DNA from: Antedon mediterranea
Taxonomy: Eukaryota > Animalia > Echinodermata
DNA length: 64,000 nucleotides
Direction of reading: 5' to 3'
NCBI RefSeq assembly: GCF_964355755.1
Contig: NC_092672.1
Coordinates: 23,201,237-23,265,236 of the forward strand
Within the stretch, counting starts at the first letter, position 1; each line of letters starts with the position of its first letter. This document shows positions 55,201 to 64,000 of the stretch, in pieces. The position numbers and the translations under genes were made by a program. The notes beneath the pieces were generated by a model. It was not told the DNA's origin, searched no databases, and saw only the letters and a program-made list of their open reading frames with translations.

Positions 55201-56821
55201 ATAGATTTGTGATACTATAAATACTACAATATTAAGATAATTTGCTATATTCTTTTAAAAACCTAGATGGATTTAATATTCCATGGTGTTTGTCTTTTTT
55301 TTTAAGATATAGAGAAAAATGTATGAACATAGAATGACAAATCTTGAGTTCATTCTGTTTTGGATTCGTTCAGTTTTTGTGAACGTAAGAAAAGGACAGA
55401 AAAACAAAATAATGCTGATTGGTACACATTATGAGAGCCTTGGTAAAACTGAACAAGAAAGACAACAAAGGGTACATAGCATTTCTGAAAAATTCCTAAA
55501 ACATCATTGGTCATGGTTAAATTCATTCACTTGCAATTGAGAAATAAAATAAAATGATAACTAAGAGGGTTTAATTAATTGAATAGAACATTTAACGACA
55601 TAGATATTATAAGAAAGAACAAATTAAAGATATATATATATGTGTACTATATTATTAAACAGCATGCCTAAACAATGAGGTATGTTTTACGTTTGTGTAC
55701 AAAATAAAAAAAAAAACATACATTTCATTTTGAGCAAAAAAGAACCCCCAAAATTCATTATGTCACATATCACCAACCTAGAAGGCAACATAAGCATGTC
55801 ATATGATAGCCCATGTCATTTATTTTAGGTACAAGAAATAAAGAATACAATTTGGAAAGCCTTGAAGGGAAAACCATATTGGGACATGGTGTATCAAGGA
55901 GAGCTATTTACAATTGAAAACAGTGTCCCATTTGAAAAAAGCGGTGCTTCTAAAATCATTCTCCAAATACAAAAATTTGTCCAGATGATGATTCGCACTT
56001 TGCCAATCAAATGGCTGCAAGTAATGCAAGAAATACAACAGCTGAGGAAAGAACTGTATCTACCAAAGTCTGAGGTTAGAAATATATTTTTCTTTCTTTC
56101 AGCTTGATCTCAATTATATATCTTTACAGTTTAATGTAGGTAAAAATTGTTTGAAAACAATAACCAGTTACATTTGTTTAGAATAAATACATTAAACCCT
56201 GTCAATGTTGAGGATAATACATAGTTGATTGTTTAAAACAACTATCATTGTAACCATCATGGTCACCAGCATTTAAAAGTGTATAGGAAACAAGTTGGTT
56301 TATTGTTTGTAAACATTTTCCCCATGAGAGTATAATGTTAAACTTGCCTTTTTATCAGTGTCGAATGTCATCGGTAACAGAACGGTGTAATTTTAGTTAG
56401 ACAACATACCAAAATGCCATTGTAACATTGTTCAGAAATAAAAAATGATTTAATAAGTTTCAAATTTCAATTCTAACCCTTTCATGATCATGAAAACAGA
56501 TGTCCTTGTAGTAACTTTTACTATTATTTCCAATATTCTGTTTAACAAACACAGTAGTACAAGTTATAATGTTGGTTAAACTTTCAACTTTTAGAATTTA
56601 ATTTTATTTAATTGTGATGTTTATTTGCCTTTTAGATTAATGATTTACTTGCTCGTTGTAAGATAACTGACAGAAAACTGTTTCTTGAGTACTTGCACGA
56701 CATCGGTGAGATTCTGTTCTACCCAGATGACAAGATCCTCAAAGAAAAAATTGTTATAGATTTGATGGGAGTAGTTGACAAGTTTAAAACAATCATCACA
56801 GTTATTGATCCCGAGCTTCAG
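46234..56821 (+). CDS. Roc GTPase and N-half of COR (Roco family protein); continues beyond window
   Basis: Exons 46234-46399 (VPLEILARG..VGLEKVGKT), 46840-46943, 47820-47933, 48195-48263, 48507-48572, 48876-48938, 49543-49605, 50109-50171, 54534-54685 (IWDFGGQ), 54975-55064, 55313-55471 (LIGTH), 55829-56074 (IENS, LPIKWL), 56636-56821 (LEYLHDIGEILFY). Confidence 0.9.
46985..47081 (+). pseudogene. Frameshifted tandem duplicate of Roc exon 46840-46943
   Basis: Same sequence with indels; splice sites intact; TAA in both usable frames. Confidence 0.8.
50630..50715 (+). mobile_element. Miniature HINE-like element
   Basis: AGTCGCATGCAACGCAACTCTA...GGCCTTGTT, matching the ends of 23254-24030. Confidence 0.5.
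51115..51569. mobile_element. pogo/Tigger-like MITE, TA TSD
   Basis: TA|CCGTAAATCTTCTAATTGTAACCC...GGGTTACTATTAGAAGATTTACAG|TA. Confidence 0.8.
51812..53680 (-). mobile_element. 5'-truncated non-LTR retrotransposon (RT and C-terminus, frameshifted)
   Basis: GKSPGFDGL, NYRPIAL, FLDASKAFD, GVRQGGVMSPLLF, YADDMVL; (GAAT)n 3' tail at 51812-51833. Confidence 0.92.
51929..51969 (+). ncRNA. Minimal type-I hammerhead ribozyme in a ~170-bp (TA)n-flanked Penelope/retrozyme-like insert (~51925-52097)
   Basis: GCA-CTGATGA-A-GGGC(TAGTGTT)GCCC-GAAA-GC-TC-TGC: intact core, stem II, palindromic AGCT stem III, short stem I. Confidence 0.8.
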
Positions 56822-57072
56822 GTTAGTAATATTATGCACTATACTTTTGTGAATAATCTGACATAAACATTGTGATAATGTTTTTATGTGATGAATTTAG
56901 CTTAAAAATGTAATGTCTACCACAAAGAAAACTTTTTTGTCCTGGAGCCTAATATTATCTACTGTCACCATAATGAAAGTTAATGGTGGTTATATTGAAT
57001 TTCAAATTTACACCTTGTTTAATTTTACTACTGTATATTCTAATACTTAAAAGCAAATATGCTTGTGCATTA

Positions 57073-57286
57073 CAGTAGAACCCCTATTAAAGAGGACACC
57101 ACATTTTATGTGGACCCAACAAAGTGTGATCCCTTTAATAGAGGTTAGTTGTAGAACCCCTATTAAAGAGGACACCACATAATGTGGACCCAACAAAGTG
57201 TGATCCCTTTAATAGAGCTTAGTTGTAGAACCCCTATTAAAGAGGACACCACATAATGTGGACCCAACAAAGTGTGATCCCTTTAA
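57073..57286. repeat. ~75-bp tandem repeat x3 starting with a Tc1/pogo-like end
   Basis: TA|CAGTAGAACCCCTATTAAAGAGGACACC; units at 57075, 57151 and 57225. Confidence 0.85.
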
Positions 57287-57333
57287 AGTAAAGTACTACT
57301 CCTCCTTTATTCGTTGTAATATTGAGCTAGGAT

Positions 57334-57530
57334 TTGGCATGAATATACTACAGGGACATGTCCTCAAAGCTATAGAGCCATATTTTTAAATTTCAAACCG
57401 GATGCAGCCATATCACGTCTCAAAGATGGTACCGTATAGCCGTATTTGGTAGAGATTATTGATGTGTATGTGACGTCACATCCGGTCATATGATGTCATT
57501 ACAGCTTCTTTTGCTGCACCCCGAGTATCG
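57334..57530 (+). repeat. ~190-bp segment repeated at 57941-58122, flanking the tRNA pair
   Basis: TTGGCATGAATATACTACAGGGACATGTCCTCAAAGCT..CCCCGAGTATC occurs twice. Confidence 0.9.
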
Positions 57531-57618
57531 CACATTTGTGCTTGTTCAATTCAATTTAATTGTTTAATTAAGAAGCCACAATGTGTGACACACACCACAG
57601 CGTTATGTAGTTATTTGC

Positions 57619-57691
57619 GGCTTCTTGGCGTAGTGGTTATCACGTCTGCTTAACGCGCAGAAGGTTCCCGGTTCGAGCCCGGGCGAAACTT
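57619..57691 (+). pseudogene. tRNA-Val(AAC) with disrupted 5' acceptor strand
   Basis: GTAGTGGTTATCACGTCTGCTTAACGCGCAGAAGGTTCCCGGTTCGAGCCCGGG; acceptor-stem mismatches. Confidence 0.7.
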
Positions 57692-57844
57692 TATTTTCAT
57701 TATTTTTTAAAATATTTATTTTGTGTAATCGGTAATTATCACTTTTACACATGTTTATCTTGCTTTGTGCTTATTACCATAATAATTTATTTGTAATTTA
57801 AATGGATTAAAAAACTTTGTGTAACCCACATTTTTGGTGTAAGA

Positions 57845-57917
57845 GGTTTCGTAGTGTAGTGGTTATCAAGTCTGCTTAACACGCAGAAGGTCACCGGTTC
57901 GAGCCCTGGCGAGACCA
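57845..57917 (+). tRNA. tRNA-Val(AAC), possibly degenerate
   Basis: 73 nt; acceptor GGTTTCG/CGAGACC; anticodon arm TCTGC-TTAACAC-GCAGA; TTTTT terminator; D- and T-stem mismatches. Confidence 0.75.
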
Positions 57918-58736
57918 TTTTTCTTAAACTTTATGGTGAATTGGCATGAATATACTACAGGGACATGTCCTCAAAGCTACAGAGCCGGATTTTTAAATTT
58001 TAAACCGGAGGCAGCTATATCACGTCTCGAAGATGGTACCATATAGCCGTATTTGATGTGTATGTGACGTTACATCCGGTGTTATGACGTCTTTACAGCT
58101 TCTTTGCTGTACCCCGAGTATCATGAGGTGTTCCTTCCCTTTACCAATTTTGCTGATTTCTGACCATCATTTTAGGGATTAAGGTCTAGGACTGTTAATT
58201 GCATTTTAATTGGATTACGATAATAGCTTGTTTAGATTAGGAAGTTTATTGCTCAAGCAAGGTCAGCTAGTGCTCTCTGCCAAGTAAGCTGGAACTACTT
58301 TCTAAATTCATTAGCTCTGGTGTTATGTTTGTATTATAGGATTTCTTTTCTACTGTAATAATATTATTATGTGCTTTATTATAAAGATGTACAGTATTGT
58401 CACCCAAAAACATGAACAATGAATATTTTATTTATTTTTTAAATACGCAATTTTGCAGATCCAAAAAAGGTTTTCTCTTTAATAAAAAGGTAAATTAAAT
58501 AAAAAACCATTGACTTTCAGCCAATTTGATTTTTTTTTTCCTATAAATTGTTTTTTTTTATCCAATTTTTGGTCAAAGTAAATATCTTATGTGACTACAT
58601 ACCTCCTTTGCAGAGGTAAAATATTGTCTTGAAAATGGGAATAAAATATTGAATATGTTATTGTCATTTATAGGTATTTCAACTCCCAATTAAAACATTT
58701 TTCTACCAATTGCAATTTTCTACCCAATTGAAACAT

Positions 58737-59847
58737 GGGTGTCACGAAACCTAAGACCACGAAAGCTAAGCCCCCCTAAGACCTAAGATCACGAAAGCTA
58801 AGACCCAAGACCTAAGATTACAAATTCTAAGATATACTGCAGCTTAAAAACAATACTTGTTTATCCATACATAATTTTAAACACAGTAGGTTTCATTTAT
58901 TACCATAAATATAATTTAATACTACCACAAAACATAGATAAACTCACATTATTTTCGCCCGTTGAGTAAATGTATATTTTTTCTTTACAACAAACAAACT
59001 TGACGGGTTGTTTGTTGGTATATATTTACTCCAATGTGTTGGTTCAGAGGATGTTTTTCTTACGCACCTGCCTTTCTTGTATTTTGACTCCAAATTTGTT
59101 GACTAACTTTATCCTGAATACCACACTTTAAAATTAGGACTTATAAGTACTTTCAGAAGGAGAAACACATAATAACAAATAAATAAATCCTTTAAATTTA
59201 TGATTTTACAGACGTTTCTTTGTATACTGTAATGTAACTCCTCGAGCTCCCCATGCTCAATGTTTTTGTTTCTATGGAGCGCCAAAAGAGCAACAATAAT
59301 AGTACAAGTATAAAAACAGAAAGAAAACGAAACAAAAAAACTTATCATGATTTTTAAGTTAAAATTTATTTGCCAGTATTTATTTCTTCGTACTTGCATG
59401 ATTATACTATTATCATTACCATTTTAATTTTACATTGTTCCATCCACACTGTAGATGGACTCCCAACAGAGTTTTCAGCCCTTTATATAATTTTTGCTAT
59501 TTTGACGTTCCATAGAAACAAAAACATTGAGCATGGATGGGGAGCTCGAGGAGTATATATATATAGTATATATTACAGTATACTGCTACTAGTGTACTGT
59601 AGGCTAGTCATTTTGTGTGCGAGAAAAACGTCTGTAAAATCATCAATTTAAAAATGTATTTGTTACTTTTTATGTGATTCTTTTTCATGAAAGTGCCAAT
59701 TCTAAGGTATGGTATTCAGAATAAATGTTGGGAGTTAAAATACAAGGCAGGTGCGAAAGATAAATATTTGTAGTCTTGGGTCTTAGCTTTCGTGATCTTA
59801 GGTCTTAGGGGGTCTTAGCTTTCGTGGTCTTAGGTTTCGTGACACCC
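58737..59847. mobile_element. Foldback/Mutator-like non-autonomous element
   Basis: TIR GGGTGTCACGAAACCTAAGACC with CTAAGA subrepeats; flanking duplication ATTGAAACAT (10 bp, or 8 bp if the terminal T/A belong to the TIR). Confidence 0.92.
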
Positions 59848-60545
59848 ATTGAAACATTGTACTATCCATTTTAGCTTTCATGCTAGCCAAATCAGGGGCG
59901 TTTCGGCCTATGGACGATTCGTCCCGAGACGTTACGGCCCACTTTTTTTTTATGTCGAAACGTCAAACTTTTATAATTTTAAGCAGAACAAAATTGTATG
60001 TATACAATTGTATTGCCGATGACAAAACTGAGTTTTATATTGTTTATATCCAGACGTTATTAAAATTATAAATGTAATTGCCACCGAGCGAAATTGTAGT
60101 GTAGACCCTAACTAATCCGTCCAAGCTACGCCCGCCTCACTCATCGGCCATCCATGGTCCGCCGTCTCTCGCTCAACTAATCTATCCTATCGCGAGAAGC
60201 ATGATGTTGGTCTCAATTTATTGTGGGCTGATTAAATGAATCCTTTGCCCATTGCTAGGCTGTGTAAATCAGTAATTAAAGTTGTGATGCGAAAAGTGTG
60301 TGTAATTATTCCACAGGTAAACAAATAGGCATAAGACACCAATCGCACAGGACCTCGTGGTGTGCCGAGGAGACTTTCTTCTCGAGCGGCCGGAAGATCA
60401 TCGTAAACAAAATTGGTAGAGTCCATTAAGTATGGGGTTGTTTACTATTTACGAACATTAAACATGCGCTTCGACCACTGTGTAGGCAAAATATTGATTT
60501 CGTTCGTTAAATCCCTAAATTGATAATTGCGTATTCTGTAATCAC

Positions 60546-62156
60546 GTGACTGATGATGTAATCCTCAGCGACCTACTAAATGCACGTGAATTAATGTGTT
60601 GGGAAAAGCTTGCTGTTTATAATGTATTCGTCGACCATGTACATAGACTGTTTGAGGAAATTTGGAGAACGAAAGAAGTACCAAGTGATTGGGGACTGTC
60701 CAAATTAACAACCATTTGGAAAAAAAAAGGCAGTCCACTTGATCCATCAATGTATAGAGGAATATCAATTGGGTCTACATTTTCAAAGATACTTATGGTT
60801 ATCATTCTTTCACGTTTTTCCATCTTTTATGAAAGTCAACTTCTACGCACACAGTTTGGATTCAGGTCCAACAGAGGGTGCAATGATGCTATATATGTAA
60901 TCAAGCAGATCCAGGAAATTGCGTATCGCTCAAATCGCAAACTCTATACATGCTTCATTGATTTAACAGCAGCATTCGACCATGTGAATCGTAATCTTCT
61001 TTTCCTAAGCGTTCGTAATAGGTTTCACTTAAACCAGTCTACTACTATGATTGACATTATACAATCACTGTACAGCTCAACGAAAGCATACCTTGCTGAC
61101 GACGATCCGAGTGATGATAAGTTCGAAACATCTTCTGGGGTGCGACAGGGTGGTATTGAGAGTACCAGCATGTTTAACCAATATTTTGATTACGTTATTA
61201 GAGTGTTCAAACAACGCTGTAAAGATGCTAGTTTGGATGGCCTAATGATACAATACCTAATTCCTATTGAAGCTACAAATCGTGCTCAAAGATGTAAAGC
61301 ACCATCAAGGGGCATCTATGACGACTTTGAAAGTGGCTATGCTGACGACTTTGCTGTAAGCTCCTGGTCACAAGAAGAACTGCAAACCATTGTGAACATC
61401 TTGAATAAAGTATGTCTGGAATTTGGCCTAAGAATTAGTGCCCCCAAAACAGAAACCATTATATGGAACTGGAAAGAGGAAGTTGAAGAATACCCAAGAT
61501 GCATCATACAAATTGGCGGCGTACACATTAACAACGTAACACACTTTAGATACCTTGGTGTATGGGCTACCTACAATGATGTTCATATTGGAGATCAAGA
61601 AGTAAAATACAGAATCAATTCAGCCAAAGGAGCATTTGCAGAGAATAGGGCATTGCTTACCAACAGAACGATCCACCTACAAACAAGAATGATGTTTCTT
61701 AATGGTCTAGTTAGGAGTAGACTCACCTATGGTTGCCATGCTTGGAGGGCAACAGGAAGTGAAATGTCCAAACTTAGCACAACATACAAAACCTTCCTAA
61801 GAAGAATGCTAGTGAATGGCTTTCAAAGAGTCTGCCCACCAAACCATGTAGACATATCCTCAGATGATGAAACAGATGAAAACTATATAGACTGGCGTTA
61901 CGTAATTGATAATGACGATCTCTACAAAATTACTGGCTGTCAACCGCTAGAAGAATATGTCTACAAGCAACAATTCAACTGGATCGGACATGTAATTAGA
62001 AAAGAAAATGAAGATCCTACAAAAATTCTTACTTTTCACACAACACAAAGTAAACGAAGAGGTCGGAAGATACCATCAGTACTTGATAGAGTTGTACAAC
62101 AAAGTCAACTTACTAGATGCAACTTCATTAGAGCCTGCTTCAACAGAAATTTATAA
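60546..62156 (+). mobile_element. RTE-like LINE, 5'-truncated, uninterrupted RT ORF (536 aa)
   Basis: YRGISI, QFGFR, FIDLTAAFD, GVRQGG, YADD, FRYLG, LTYGCHAW; no endonuclease domain. Confidence 0.93.
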
Positions 62157-62632
62157 TTCCCAGCAATGTTTTAACTGTATATATGAACTGTTTTATAAGT
62201 TGTTTTGTGACTGTGTAATTTGGTAGTAGTCACTCTCATACTGTAGGCCTACATTTAAAAGTAACACATCCAAATGCCAACTTCAAGTCAATGGCTACCA
62301 GATGTCTCTGTGAGACGGTTATTTGAACCAGTACCAGTACCAGTACCATATACTTTGATATGGACCAAAATATTAGTCGACTGGTCACGCGGTTAAGCTT
62401 ACTACATGGGTTAAGGCAGAGGCGCCGCAAATCGACACAGCTTCACGACACTCCTCGACCATTATTCTGGTCAATCTTGATTTTAGAAAGGTCATTGTTG
62501 CAATGGCGGAATTGTTTGTATTAAAAATTATCTAAACAAATTATTAACCTTATCAGTATTTTAACCATGTAAAGCTAATACCTAAAGCAAAAATTGTATC
62601 TTTCAACATGCTCCCAGTCAGTGGATATATTT

Positions 62633-63265
62633 TGCCAAGTACTTCACTCAGTTTATGAGTGCTTTTATTTGTTTGTTTGTTTGTTAGCAAGATTACTCAA
62701 AAAGTAATTACAAGATCTTTACCAAAATGAATATACAGATAGATATGTGGTCAAGGACCATTCCATTAAATTTTTGGACCATTTGGGACCATAGTCCCAA
62801 TTCTGGACCACTTTTTAGTATACTTTTCAGACCTGCAAGTGTTAAAAGATAGGACAGAATTTTTCAAAAGCCGGCGAGCAGTCTTAAAGTAACAAGTAAA
62901 CTAAAATTGCATTTTCTCGAGGCAAGAGTTGAAATTTGCCAAGTATTTCACTCAGTTTCTGAGTGTTTTCATTTTGTTTGTTTGTTTGTTAGCAAGATTA
63001 CTCAAAATGACAAGATCTTTACCAAAATGAATATACAGATAGATATGTGGTCAATGACCATTCCATTAAATTTTTGGACCATTTGGAACCATAGTCCAAA
63101 TTCTGGACCACTTTTTAGTATACTTTTCAGACCTGCAAGTGTTAAAAGATAGGACAGAATTTTTCAAAAGCCGGCGAGCAGTCTTAAAGTAACAAGTAAA
63201 CTAAAATTGCATTTTCTCGAGAACTACTTGTCCAAAAAAACTTTATTTTTTTACAAGAGGCAAGA
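62633..63265. repeat. ~305-bp tandem duplication with (GTTT)n, HINE-like
   Basis: AGCAAGATTACTC at 62686 and 62991. Confidence 0.88.
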
Positions 63266-64000
63266 GTTAAAATTTGTGATTTGTAATTTTAAAACATAAT
63301 TTAATTTAATGTGCACCTTTTTTGATGCGAGTAGTTTAAAAAACCTATTTCTTTTCAAATTCACTCGTTTGATTTTCGCATTGCTGTTCTATTGTTAGTC
63401 AACTGAAGCTATTGTTAATTGAAAAGCTTGTTACAAACCATTAGACCAAACTCGCATACACATGCTTGTAGTGAAATTAACCTAAATCACAAACAGTAGT
63501 AAGACACACACAAATATATATACTGTATATATATTTATTTTTTCCCGGAGAAATCTTATGTAGGAGAATTTTACAGTAGGCGGATAGGTATGCACTTTGG
63601 ACAAAATGGTTTAAAATATTGTAAGTTTATGAAGATTAAAAGATCTTATTGAGAGAGAAATTCAATCATAAAAGTACCAATAAATATTCAAATAATATTT
63701 CATTTTTGTAACTGAACAAACAAAAAATGGCCACCATTATGCCCAAAATGCTGCAATTTTATCCAATATGACAACCAATTTATCTAAAATGGCCACATAT
63801 ATCAAATATTTAGGAAGCTATTTTCTAAGAAATCATTCCTTAAAAATGGCAAAATCTTCAAAATTATCTATATAATTTGTAAAAAATCACACTTTTTTAA
63901 GCTTCCTCAATAAAAATCTTTTTAAGATTACAACTACCAAATTTCATATGCTGTTTACCAACCATTTTAAGAAGTCATACAGAAAATATAAACATGGTAT

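Overview
AT-rich, intron-rich, repeat-dense animal genomic DNA; a marine invertebrate deuterostome is inferred from a Deu-domain SINE and the Roco/DED gene. It is not prokaryotic. Exons were traced by hand from GT/AG sites, phase and translation. (1) A minus-strand myosin XIX-like motor gene (exons 2224-6241, probable 5' exons at 6850-6921 and 19326-19379). (2) A head-to-head OGFOD2-like gene (19562-21751) whose catalytic 3' exons were not found. (3) A plus-strand chain of 19 phase-compatible exons (35719-56821, 957 codons) encoding the C-half of a COR domain, tandem DEDs, a Roc GTPase with five duplicated mini-exons, and the N-half of COR: a repeated or permuted death-effector Roco, possibly fed by the orphan OGFOD2 exons. 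Introns hold nested non-autonomous DNA transposons with TSDs (CACTA/EnSpm-, MULE-, IS3EU-, Harbinger- and pogo-like), Helitron/Helentron-type elements, five LINE ORF2 copies, a 5S+tRNA+Deu SINE, a minimal hammerhead ribozyme, two tRNA-Val(AAC)-like genes and many satellites. Family names come from recalled motifs, not database searches.
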